Made by a program: the position numbers and the translations under genes. 64,000 bases of DNA from Rhodanobacteraceae bacterium (GTDB lineage: Bacteria; Pseudomonadota; Gammaproteobacteria; Xanthomonadales; SZUA-5). Numbering within the stretch: the stretch's first letter is position 1; each line of letters opens with the position of its first letter. Under the pieces are notes generated by a model. That model had not been told where the DNA came from. It searched no databases and saw only the letters and a program-made list of their open reading frames with translations. Below are positions 9,813 to 18,394 of the stretch, piece after piece. The stretch lies in the NCBI GenBank assembly GCA_016717705.1, contig JADKFD010000003.1, forward strand, positions 73,892 to 137,891, written 5' to 3'.

Positions 9813-10541
9813 TTACTTCTTCGCCGCAGGCTTGGCCGGAGCCGCCTTCGCCGGAGCCGCAGCCTTGGCCGGGGCCTTGCCAGCCGCAGCGGCCGGCTTC
9901 TTGCCAGCAGCCGCAGGTGCCGCAACAGCCGCCCCATCCGGCGCCACTTCCGGCGCCTCTTCGATACCCAGGCGGGCAACGACGAGCGCGACGTTGTGCT
10001 CGCGACCGAGCTTCAGCGACGGAATCTCGACGCCTTCCGGCAGCTTGATGTCGGCCACGTGCAGGGTGTCGCCGATCTTCAGTTCGGACAGGTCGACTTC
10101 CAGGAACTCCGGAAGATCCTTCGGCAAGCAGCTGATTTCGACGTCGTTGAGCTCGTGCAGGATCAGCGAGCCAGCGGTCTTGCCGGCCGGCGAGACTTCC
10201 TGGTTGAGGAAGTGCAGCGGCACGCGCAGACGCACCGGCTCGGTCTCGGAGACGCGCTGGAAGTCGATGTGCAGCAGGATCGGCTTGTACGGATGACGCT
10301 GCAGATCGCGCAGCAGCGCCTTCTGCGTCTCGTTGCCGACATCCAGTTCCAGGATCGAGGTGTAGAACCACTCGTTCTGGGCGTAGCGGTACGCCAGCAG
10401 CATGTCCATCTGCAGCGCGCGCGGCGTCTGACCGCCACCGTAAAGAATCGCCGGTACCTTTCCAGACGCGCGAAGGCGGCGGCTCGCACCCTTCCCTTCG
10501 TCAGCGCGGAATTCCACCGGCACGTTTCTAACCTTGGCCAT
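9813..10541 (-). CDS. rplY: 50S ribosomal protein L25 / general stress protein Ctc
   Basis: MAKVRNVPVEFRADEGKGASRRLRASGKVPAILYGGG... with an Ala/Lys/Pro-rich tail. An alternative start is at 10547. Confidence 0.9.
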   Translation of the reverse strand: MAKVRNVPVEFRADEGKGASRRLRASGKVPAILYGGGQTPRALQMDMLLAYRYAQNEWFYTSILELDVGNETQKALLRDLQRHPYKPILLHIDFQRVSETEPVRLRVPLHFLNQEVSPAGKTAGSLILHELNDVEISCLPKDLPEFLEVDLSELKIGDTLHVADIKLPEGVEIPSLKLGREHNVALVVARLGIEEAPEVAPDGAAVAAPAAAGKKPAAAAGKAPAKAAAPAKAAPAKPAAKK

Positions 10542-10713
10542 GTTCATAGTCCTTCATTTAGAGGCATTCCATCCCGGAACACCGTTGCAAGAAAGGTCGC
10601 AGCGATTCGTTCGCCACGCCTCACCACCACGCCACCGTCCGCGACCAGACGGTCCGAGGGTGAGTGCTGGGGCCGCGCTAGCAGCCCCAGGACTCAGCTC
10701 TCGGAGAAGCAGA

Positions 10714-10774
10714 GGAAAGTGTGAAACGCAGATTGAAGCGCCGGCCACTTCACGTTTCACATTTCACGTTTCAC
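10714..10774. repeat. GTGAAAC-heptamer array element between prs and rplY
   Basis: The minus strand reads GTGAAACGTGAAATGTGAAACGTGAAGTGGCCGGCG...GCGTTTCACACTTTCC: a 4-unit array, a CCGG junction and a short inverted partner. Confidence 0.7.
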
Positions 10775-10799
10775 CCATTCGACGAGGCACGAAGGTGCC

Positions 10800-11777
10800 T
10801 CAATCCACATACAACGAACTCACACTCTCCCCACCGGCGATGCGCCGAATGGTCTCGGCCAGCAGTTCCGCCACTGACAGCTGGCGGATGCGCGTGCAGG
10901 CGCGCGCTTCCGGGCGCAGGGCGATGGTGTCGGTGACGACCATTTCGTCGAGCGCCGAGTTGCTGATGTTGTCGACCGCCGCACCGGAGAGCACCGGGTG
11001 CACGCAGTAGGCGACGACGCGCTTGGCGCCGCGATCCTTCAACGCGCGCGCCGCGGAACACAGGGTTCCGGCGGTGTCGACGATGTCATCGACCAGGATG
11101 CAGGTCTTGCCGGCGACGTCACCGATGATGTTCATGACCACCGACTCGTTGGCTTTCGGACGACGCTTGTCGATGATCGCCAGATCCGCATCGTCGAGGC
11201 GCTTGGCCATCGCCCGGGCACGCACCACGCCACCTACATCGGGCGCGACCACGATCAACTCGTCGCCGGCGTAGTTGCGCCACATGTCGGCGAGCAGCAC
11301 CGGCGAGGCATAGACATTGTCCAGCGGCACGTCGAAAAAGCCCTGGATCTGGTCGGCGTGCAGATCAACCGTCAGCACGCGATCGGTACCGACGGTGCCG
11401 ATGATGTCGGCCACCACCTTGGCGGTGATCGGCACGCGCGCGTTGCGGGCGCGACGATCCTGGCGGGCATAGCCGAAGTACGGCATCACTGCGGTCACCG
11501 ACGCCGCCGACGCGCGCTTGAGCGCATCGACCATCGCCAGCAGTTCCATCAGGTTTTCCGCAGCCGGCGGCGAGGTGGGCTGGATCAGGTAGACGTGCTG
11601 GCTGCGCACGTTCTCCATGATCTCGACGGCCACTTCGCCATCGCTGAAGCGCGCGACGTTGGCCTTGCCCAGGGGCACGCCGAGTTCGAAGGCAATGGAA
11701 CTTGCCAGGCGCGGATGCGAATTCCCGGTGAAAATCATCAATCCGGGTGGGGAGAGATCGGTTCGCTTGGAGCTCAT
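10800..11777 (-). CDS. prs: Ribose-phosphate pyrophosphokinase
   Basis: 325 aa, ...[10 protein letters not shown]...[11 protein letters not shown]...[11 protein letters not shown]... Full-length PRPP synthetase likeness. Confidence 0.95.
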   Translation of the reverse strand: MSSKRTDLSPPGLMIFTGNSHPRLASSIAFELGVPLGKANVARFSDGEVAVEIMENVRSQHVYLIQPTSPPAAENLMELLAMVDALKRASAASVTAVMPYFGYARQDRRARNARVPITAKVVADIIGTVGTDRVLTVDLHADQIQGFFDVPLDNVYASPVLLADMWRNYAGDELIVVAPDVGGVVRARAMAKRLDDADLAIIDKRRPKANESVVMNIIGDVAGKTCILVDDIVDTAGTLCSAARALKDRGAKRVVAYCVHPVLSGAAVDNISNSALDEMVVTDTIALRPEARACTRIRQLSVAELLAETIRRIAGGESVSSLYVD

Positions 11778-11787
11778 GATCTGAAAT

Positions 11788-11863
11788 TGGCTGGGGCGCT
11801 AGGACTCGAACCTAGGAATGCGGGTATCAAAATCCCGTGCCTTACCGACTTGGCGACGCCCCA
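11788..11863 (-). tRNA. tRNA-Gln (anticodon TTG)
   Basis: The reverse complement TGGGGCGTCGCCAAGTCGGTAAGGCACGGGATTTTGATACCCGCATTCCTAGGTTCGAGTCCTAGCGCCCCAGCCA folds as a cloverleaf. The acceptor stem TGGGGCG/CGCCCCA and T-arm CTAGG/CCTAG pair, and CCA is encoded. One A31:A39 mismatch sits at the base of the anticodon stem. Confidence 0.85.
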
Positions 11864-11932
11864 AGCCGTCCGCAGCGGCTTCTTGCCTCGTCTGTCGACT
11901 CGGCGCAACGCATGCTACGGAGCCCGCTATTT

Positions 11933-12769
11933 TCAAGCGCCGCCTTGGTCATTGTCAAACCAATTCGTGATCGAGCGCGCGGCGCGGCAACTCCAGTGCT
12001 CGGGAACGCCGACCAGTGCCGCGTGCGCGGCTTCGATATCCGGGGCCTGCGCGAACACCGCGCTACCGCTGCCGGTCAGCTGTGCATGGCCCAGACGCGC
12101 CCGCAACCAGGCGGCTGCAGCGGCAATTTCCGTCGAGCGCATCAGTGCCACCGGCTCGAATACATTGCTCAGCGGCACGCCAGAGAGGTAGTCGGCGACG
12201 CCAATCGGTGCGCAATCCCGACGCAGCAGCGGATCGCCGAACATCGGGCCGGTGGCCAGGGCCACGCCGGGATGGATCACGGCGTAGCTGCGCGCAGCGA
12301 ACGGCAGCGGGCGCAGGATTTCACCGATGCCTTCGGCGAAAGCCGGTCGCTGGCCGATGAACACCGGCACATCGGCGCCCAGTTGCAGGCCCAGCCGGAG
12401 CAATTCCTCGACATCCAGGCGCAGTCGCCACAAGCGGTTCAGCCCCAGCAGCACCGCCGCGGCGTCTGCGCTGCCACCGCCCAGCCCGGCGCCGGTCGGA
12501 ATGTGCTTGGTCAAGGTCAGCGTGCAGCCGGCGCCCTCGGCGGCCAACGGCTGCAGCAAGCGCGCCGCGCGCACCACCAGATCGGATTCGGGCTCGACCC
12601 CGATGGCACCGCCGCGGCGTTCGATCACGCCGTCGGCGCGGTTTTCGATGACCAGTTCGTCGGTCCAGTCGATCAGCTCAAAAGCCGTTTGCAGCAGGTG
12701 ATAGCCATCGGCGCGACGGCCGACGATGTGCAGGAAGCGGTTGAGCTTGGCGGGCGGGCGGAGGAGCAC
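11933..12769 (-). CDS. ispE: 4-diphosphocytidyl-2-C-methyl-D-erythritol kinase
   Basis: ...PPAKLNRFLHIVGRRADGYHLLQT...IPTGAGLGGGSADAAA... The likely GTG start at 12769 gives about 278 aa. The long-ORF start at 12940 would translate the repeat element. Confidence 0.85.
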   Translation of the reverse strand: MLLRPPAKLNRFLHIVGRRADGYHLLQTAFELIDWTDELVIENRADGVIERRGGAIGVEPESDLVVRAARLLQPLAAEGAGCTLTLTKHIPTGAGLGGGSADAAAVLLGLNRLWRLRLDVEELLRLGLQLGADVPVFIGQRPAFAEGIGEILRPLPFAARSYAVIHPGVALATGPMFGDPLLRRDCAPIGVADYLSGVPLSNVFEPVALMRSTEIAAAAAWLRARLGHAQLTGSGSAVFAQAPDIEAAHAALVGVPEHWSCRAARSITNWFDNDQGGA

Positions 12770-12772
12770 TTG

Positions 12773-12959
12773 GGTTTTCGGTTTTCGGATTTTTGTCGGT
12801 CTTCGGCCAATCACGGTCGACAGCCCGGAAGCCAGCTGCGGAGTGAGCGGCTTCGAAGGGGCCGGGCGCCTGTTCGGCCGCTCTGTGTATTGGCGGCTGT
12901 GCGAAGCGGCGCCACGGGCTTGCCGGCCTTTACTCACCACTAACTACTCACTATTCACC
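12773..12959. repeat. Chimeric array element: (CGGTTTT)n array at 12773-12799 plus a GTGAGTA-family arm at 12923-12959
   Basis: ggttttcggttttcggatttttgtcgg ... ccggcctttactcaccactaactactcactattcacc. The right arm and its subterminal CCACGGnnnTGCCGGC match the other GTGAGTA-family copies. The left array is a different unit. Confidence 0.65.
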
Positions 12960-12962
12960 GCT

Positions 12963-13571
12963 CTACCGAAACGTCCACTTGCGCACCGCGATGCGCACCT
13001 GATGCTCGCCGGAACGGGCAAAAACCTTGCGCGGCAGCGGTGGATCCTGGCTGCGATCGAACTCGACGTAACGAATCTCCCAGCCGGATTGCCGCAGCAG
13101 CGCCAGTTCGCCGTCGTCGCCAAATTCAAGTTCGCTGCTCGCACCTGGCGCACGCATGCCGAGCACCCAGTAGCGCAGCGCTTCCGCCGGCAGATGCCAG
13201 TGCAACTCGCGTTGCAACAACTCCTCGGCACTGTTGGCCACACGCACCGCACCGTTCGATTCGATCAGCAGCGCCTGTCCCGGCTGCACCTCGAGGCGCC
13301 AGCTGCGACCGCTGACCGGGGCGACGAAGCGCAAGGTGTAGGCCTGGCCACGCTGCTGCCATTCGAAACGACCGCTGCCACCATCGTCGCCATCGCTGAT
13401 GGCGATGCGACCGCCAAGATCGAACTCCGTGCGTTCGAACATGCGCGATTCGCGCTCCGAAAGTCGGCCCTCGCCAGCGACGACATCGACGCCGGCATCG
13501 GGCTTGACCACGCGTGGCGCGCACGCCGGCAACATCAGCAGGGCCGCGCACAGACACAGCCAGTTCTTCAA
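12963..13571 (-). CDS. lolB: Outer-membrane lipoprotein LolB
   Basis: Signal peptide with lipobox (LKNWLCLCAALLMLPAC) and a LolB-like body (...RFEWQQRGQAYTLRFVAPVSGRSWRLE...). The proposed TTG start at 13571 overlaps the upstream TGA (TTGA). Confidence 0.75.
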   Translation of the reverse strand: MKNWLCLCAALLMLPACAPRVVKPDAGVDVVAGEGRLSERESRMFERTEFDLGGRIAISDGDDGGSGRFEWQQRGQAYTLRFVAPVSGRSWRLEVQPGQALLIESNGAVRVANSAEELLQRELHWHLPAEALRYWVLGMRAPGASSELEFGDDGELALLRQSGWEIRYVEFDRSQDPPLPRKVFARSGEHQVRIAVRKWTFR

Positions 13572-15211
13572 GGCAGGAGCTCCGGCTGCAGCCGACGCAC
13601 GCTGTCGTGCAGCGGAGCACTGTCGGGCCAGCGTTTCAGGGCCTCGCGCCAATGCGTGCGCGCTTCTTCGTGCAAGCCGGCAGCCCACAGCACTTCGCCC
13701 AGGTGGGCAGCGACCTCACCGTCCGGCGCCATCGAGAATGCCCGCCGCAGATAGCGCAGCGCCTCGTCGAGATTTCCCAAGCGAAACTGGACCCAGCCCA
13801 TGCTGTCGACGAAAGCACCGTCGTCCGGATGACGCGCGATAGCCCGCTCGATATACCCCAGCGCTTCCTGATGGCGATCGGTACGATCGGCCAAGGTATA
13901 CCCAAGCGCGTTCAGCGCCTGCGGGTTGTCGGGATCGACGTTCAGAATGCTGCGCAGATCCTGCTCCAGACCGGAAACATCGTTGTCGCCGATGCGAAAC
14001 AGCGCGCGTGCGTAGCGCAGCCGCAGATCGCGCGGGTATTGATCGACGGCCTCGTCATAGACGGCACCGGCGGCGGGGCGATCGTCCGGCGTCAGCAATT
14101 CGGCCTCCAGCAGCCAGGCATCGACCCGCTGATCGACATCGTCGACCTGCTGGCGCAGGCCGGCCAGCAAGACCCGTGCTCCGGCCATGTCCTTGAGCTC
14201 GCGGGCGGTCAACACGCTGCGGCGCAGTTGCGCTTCGTGCCAGGCGGCTCCTGCGGGTTCCTTCGCATACCAGGACAAGGCCTTGTCGGGTTGCTCGCGC
14301 AATTCATACAGCTGGCCCAGCAAAAATGCCCGCGACTGCACCTCGCTGGTCTTGCTGCCGAGCAGGACGCGCTCGATGCGCTTGAGTGCTTTCGGGTCCG
14401 ACTTGCCGGCCGCATTGGCCAGACGAGCCGCCAGCGCACGGTCGTCCTGCGGCCTGGCCTGCGCCAGAACACGATCGGCAAGGTCCGGCCGTCCGGCGTC
14501 GGCATGCACGCTCGCCAGAGCCAGGCGCAGCTCGAAATCCTCCGGCGTCAGTTGCAGGGCGCGCTCCAGCGCCTTGCGCGCCGCCGCCTTGTCGCCAGCC
14601 GCCAGCGATGCCTGGGCACTGCGGCGCCAGGCCTCGGCGCTCTTGGGTTGCGCCCGGGTTTCCAGTTCGGCCAGGCGCACCGCCGTGCTGTAGTCGCCAA
14701 GGTTGCTCGCCACCGCTGACCAGCCCGGTCCGTTGCTCAGCGGCACCAGGACGCCGGCATCGGCCAGCCGCCGCAGACTGGCTGGCGCGCTCTCGCGGTT
14801 CTCGGCTGCCACCAGCACCTGGGCGATGGCACGCTGCGCCTCCAGTCCACCGATCGCCGCCAGCTCGGCCAGATAGCCATCGGCCAGTTCGCTGCGATTG
14901 CGCGCGAGTGCCGACCACGCCAGCGTCCGCCGCGCACCGATCGACTGCGGCTCGACGACCAGCCAACGCGCACCGACGCGATCGGCGGCCGGATAATCCT
15001 TGGCATACAGTGCCACGGTTGCGGCGCGTTCGATCAGCTGAACCTGGTCGCTGGCCACGGCCGCATCGGCGTATCCGCGTGCAGCCGTTTCAAGGTCGCC
15101 ACCCTGCAGGGCGAATTCAGCCTGCAGGGCAGAGCCAAGCACGTCGGCGCGCGCGCTATCATCGGCCGCTTGGAGTTGCGTCAGGAACAGCGCCATCGAC
15201 AGCGCCAGCAT
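13568..15211 (-). CDS. Tetratricopeptide-repeat protein (secreted/periplasmic), upstream of lolB
   Basis: Signal-like MLALSMALFLTQLQA from the ATG at 15211. TPR-like helical repeats run throughout. The position divergent from hemA fits the hemA/TPR-lolB-ispE arrangement as I recall it. Confidence 0.7.
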   Translation of the reverse strand: MLALSMALFLTQLQAADDSARADVLGSALQAEFALQGGDLETAARGYADAAVASDQVQLIERAATVALYAKDYPAADRVGARWLVVEPQSIGARRTLAWSALARNRSELADGYLAELAAIGGLEAQRAIAQVLVAAENRESAPASLRRLADAGVLVPLSNGPGWSAVASNLGDYSTAVRLAELETRAQPKSAEAWRRSAQASLAAGDKAAARKALERALQLTPEDFELRLALASVHADAGRPDLADRVLAQARPQDDRALAARLANAAGKSDPKALKRIERVLLGSKTSEVQSRAFLLGQLYELREQPDKALSWYAKEPAGAAWHEAQLRRSVLTARELKDMAGARVLLAGLRQQVDDVDQRVDAWLLEAELLTPDDRPAAGAVYDEAVDQYPRDLRLRYARALFRIGDNDVSGLEQDLRSILNVDPDNPQALNALGYTLADRTDRHQEALGYIERAIARHPDDGAFVDSMGWVQFRLGNLDEALRYLRRAFSMAPDGEVAAHLGEVLWAAGLHEEARTHWREALKRWPDSAPLHDSVRRLQPELLP

Positions 15212-15335
15212 CTGCACGATCGGCACCGCTCGCCGTGAACCGCCAGCGTTGCCTGGGGCTATCGACCATGGTCGCTTGATCTGGATGGCGGTCGCCACTG
15301 ACAATCCGTTGGTTGAATAGAGCATCCGGCATTCT

Positions 15336-16604
15336 ATGGCCATTCTGGCACTGGGCATCAATCACGCGACGGCACCGATCGCGCTGCGCGAACGCGTGGC
15401 GTTCGCGCCCGAGCACACGCCGGATGCCCTGCGCGATCTCAGCACGCTGCCGGGCGTAGGTGCGGCGGCCATCCTCAGCACCTGCAATCGCACCGAGTTG
15501 TACGTCGATCATGAGCCGGGGTCCGAACATACGGCACTCGGCTGTCTGGATCGCTTCCACGGCCTCGGGCACGCCGAACTGCTCACCGTCAGTTATCGTT
15601 ACCAGGACGAGCACGCAGTACGCCATGTGTTCCGCGTGGCGACTGGCCTCGATTCGCTGGTGGTCGGCGAGCCGCAGATCCTGGGTCAACTGAAGCAGGC
15701 CTATCGCATCGCCCAGGACGCGCGCACCTTGTCCGGTCCGCTGGAGCAACTGCTGCAACGCAGTTTCTCGGTGGCCAAGACGGTGCGCACCGAAACCCGG
15801 CTCGGTGCCAATGCAGTATCGGTGGCCTATGCGGCGGTGCGTCTGGCCGGCCAGGTGTTCGACGAGATGCCCAAGCGCCAGGCGTTGCTGGTGGGTGCCG
15901 GCGAAACCATCGAACTGGTGGCGCGCCATTTGCTCGGTGCCGGCGTACGCCGCACCACCGTGGTCAACCGCACGCTGGAGCGTGCCCGCGCGCTCGCCGA
16001 CCGCATCGGCGGCCAGGCCGCGCGGTTGGCGGATCTGGAGACGCATCTGGCTGATTGCGACATTCTGGTCACCGCCACCCACGGCAACGACCCGGTGATC
16101 CGCGCCGACGCGGTCAAGCGCGCCTTCATCGGCCGTCGCCGTCGACCGCTGTTTGCCGTCGACCTTGGCGTGCCGCGCAACATCGAAGCTGCCGTTGGTG
16201 ACCTCGACGACGTCTATCTCTATACCGTCGACGACCTGCGCAACGTGGTCGAAGAGGGCCTGCGCGGTCGGCGCGAGGCCGCGGTGCAAGCCGAATCGAT
16301 GGTCAGCCTGCATGTCGAGGAGTTCATGGCCTGGTGGCGCGAACGCGCCGCCGCCTCGACCATCGTCAGCATGCGCAAACGTGCTGACCGCGCTCGCAGC
16401 GACGTCCTCGATCGCGCCATCAAGCGCCTGCACAATGGCGCCACGCCGGAAGAAGCACTGGAATTTCTGTCGCATGCACTGACCAATCGCCTGCTGCACC
16501 GCCCCACGGTGGGCCTGCGCAGCGCCGCCGCCCTGGGCGACGAGGAGTTTCTGGAATTCGCGTCGAGGTTGTTGGCGCTGGAGCCCCTGAACAGCAGTGA
16601 ATAG
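15336..16604 (+). CDS. hemA: Glutamyl-tRNA reductase
   Basis: MAILALGINHATAPIALRERVAF...LSTCNRTELY... 422 aa. The last two codons and the TAG stop (16596-16604) lie in the repeat arm. Confidence 0.95.
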   Translation: MAILALGINHATAPIALRERVAFAPEHTPDALRDLSTLPGVGAAAILSTCNRTELYVDHEPGSEHTALGCLDRFHGLGHAELLTVSYRYQDEHAVRHVFRVATGLDSLVVGEPQILGQLKQAYRIAQDARTLSGPLEQLLQRSFSVAKTVRTETRLGANAVSVAYAAVRLAGQVFDEMPKRQALLVGAGETIELVARHLLGAGVRRTTVVNRTLERARALADRIGGQAARLADLETHLADCDILVTATHGNDPVIRADAVKRAFIGRRRRPLFAVDLGVPRNIEAAVGDLDDVYLYTVDDLRNVVEEGLRGRREAAVQAESMVSLHVEEFMAWWRERAAASTIVSMRKRADRARSDVLDRAIKRLHNGATPEEALEFLSHALTNRLLHRPTVGLRSAAALGDEEFLEFASRLLALEPLNSSE

Positions 16605-16980
16605 TGAGTAGTAAGTAGTGAGTAAAACCCGGCGCGACCGCAGCTTTGCGGAGGGTGCTGCGCCTGCGACGCCGCTTATGTCCTTCGCCCCCTAAGCGGG
16701 GAAATGGTATGGCGCTGCCCGTTGCCGAACGCACGGCACCGAGCGAGCTGGGCAATAGTTTTGTCCTCCCAACGACGTGCTGGTCGAATCTCCTATCAGC
16801 ACTCGCCGACCTTGCTATCTTCCGCGCGTCAAACATTGCAGAGACGGCTCGCCACGAGTCCTGCGATTCCTCGGGCTGACATGAAAGGCAGCGCAGCAGG
16901 CACTGCGCGCTCCACAAAGCCTCGGCAGCGCCGGGTTTTACTCACTACTCACTACTCACACTCTACTCACCACTTACTGC
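16596..16980. mobile_element. MITE-like element with GTGAGTA-heptamer terminal arrays (copy 3, largest), between hemA and prfA
   Basis: Left end agtgaatagtgagtagtaagtagtgagtaaaacccggcg (16596-16634). Right end gccgggttttactcactactcactactcacactctactcaccacttactgc (16930-16980). The 295-bp core looks lower in GC and has no convincing ORF. Confidence 0.65.
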
Positions 16981-16989
16981 TCTTCGGCC

Positions 16990-18078
16990 ATGAACCCCCG
17001 CATCCGCCACAAACTCGACGAAATGAGCGAGCGACTGCAGGAAGTGCAGTTGCTGCTGGCGCAGCCGGAGACGCTGTCGGACGGCACGCGCTTTCGCGAA
17101 CTGTCGCGCGAGTGCTCGCAGCTGGAGGGTCTGGCGCGCGACTACGCCGAGTTCCAGCGGCTGGAGGCCGATCTTGCCGCCACGCGCGCAATGGCCGAGG
17201 CCGAACGCGGCGAAATGCGCGAGATGGCGCAGGCGGAAGCCACCGAACTGGAGGGCCATCTGCAGGCGCTGGGCGATTCGCTGGCGCAGAATCTGGTCCC
17301 GGCCGATCCGCGCGACGAACGCAGCCTGTTCCTGGAGGTTCGCGCCGGCACCGGCGGCGACGAAGCTGCGATCTTTGCCGGCGACCTCTACCGCATGTAC
17401 GCGCGCTATGGCGAGCGCCGTGGATGGCGCATGGAGCTACTCAGCCAGAGCCCGGGCGAACGCGGTGGATTCAAGGAAGTGATCGCGCGGGTCGAAGGGC
17501 CCGGTGCCTATTCGGCGCTGAAGTTCGAGTCCGGCACCCACCGCGTACAGCGGGTCCCGGAAACCGAGGCCCAGGGGCGCATCCACACTTCGGCGTGCAC
17601 CGTGGCGATCTTGCCGGAGCAGGATGAGATCGACGCCACCCCATTGAATCCGGCGGACCTGAAGGTCGACACCTTTCGTGCGTCCGGCGCCGGCGGACAG
17701 CATGTCAACAAGACCGATTCGGCGATCCGCATCACCCATCTGCCCACCGGCGTCGTCGTCGAGTGCCAGGACGAGCGCTCGCAACACAAGAATCGGGCGC
17801 GGGCAATGAGTCTGCTGCAGGCGCGCCTGACCGACGCCGAACGCAGCAAGCAGGCGCAGGCACAATCGGAAGACCGCAAGCTGCAGGTCGGCAGCGGCGA
17901 TCGGTCGCAGCGCATCCGCACCTACAATTTCCCGCAGGGGCGCCTGACTGATCACCGCATCAACCTGACCCTGTATCAGCTTGGCGCCATCGTCGAAGGC
18001 GACCTCGACCAGGTGATTGCGCCGCTACAGCAGGAAGACCGCGCCCAGGCGCTGGATGCACTGCTCGGCAAGAGCTAG
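16990..18078 (+). CDS. prfA: Peptide chain release factor 1
   Basis: 362 aa with the GGQ motif ([23 protein letters not shown]) and PxT-type RF1 likeness. Confidence 0.95.
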   Translation: MNPRIRHKLDEMSERLQEVQLLLAQPETLSDGTRFRELSRECSQLEGLARDYAEFQRLEADLAATRAMAEAERGEMREMAQAEATELEGHLQALGDSLAQNLVPADPRDERSLFLEVRAGTGGDEAAIFAGDLYRMYARYGERRGWRMELLSQSPGERGGFKEVIARVEGPGAYSALKFESGTHRVQRVPETEAQGRIHTSACTVAILPEQDEIDATPLNPADLKVDTFRASGAGGQHVNKTDSAIRITHLPTGVVVECQDERSQHKNRARAMSLLQARLTDAERSKQAQAQSEDRKLQVGSGDRSQRIRTYNFPQGRLTDHRINLTLYQLGAIVEGDLDQVIAPLQQEDRAQALDALLGKS

Positions 18079-18184
18079 GGGGGGGGCCCCGAAGAGGTCG
18101 GGGGGCGGGGGGCCCCGCCGGGGGGGGGGGGCCGGAGGGGGGGGCGGGCCGGGGGGGGGCCGGAGCGGGGGGGGTAGGGACCCT
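18079..18184. other. G-dominated low-complexity block (probable sequence artefact)
   Basis: It starts at the base after the prfA stop. Positions 18079-18180 contain 9 A/T in 102 nt, with runs of G broken by short C runs. Confidence 0.7.
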
Positions 18185-18394
18185 CTGCGCGCCCGTACAG
18201 TTGTGAAACATGGGAACGTCTCTGTGAAAGACGTGCCACCCGGCGCTTTGCCGAGGTTAAGAGATTTTCATACAACGAAGTGATTCGTGTAACCTTGAAG
18301 TGGGCGTATGAATCTGTGACCAGATTCGCAGCACGGCATTGGGGGATGCCGATGCCGCCGTCCGCTCGGGTTCCTGTTGATTGAGGTGAAGGCT

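Noticed and set aside
11788-11863. tRNA-Gln as an integration site for a genomic island.
   Set aside because: Both flanks are conserved housekeeping genes (prs, ispE). No integrase, direct repeat of the tRNA 3' end or compositional shift was seen.
16646-16879. 77-aa ORF inside the core of the largest GTGAGTA-array element as a cargo gene.
   Set aside because: It has no RBS, and its composition and codon pattern are unconvincing. It has no counterpart in the other copies, whose cores are unrelated.
18190-18394. Fur box or other iron-responsive operator upstream of the TonB-domain gene.
   Set aside because: The AT-richer spacer contains only weak partial matches (for example gagattttcatac) to the GATAATGATAATCATTATC consensus. 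That is not enough to call an operator.
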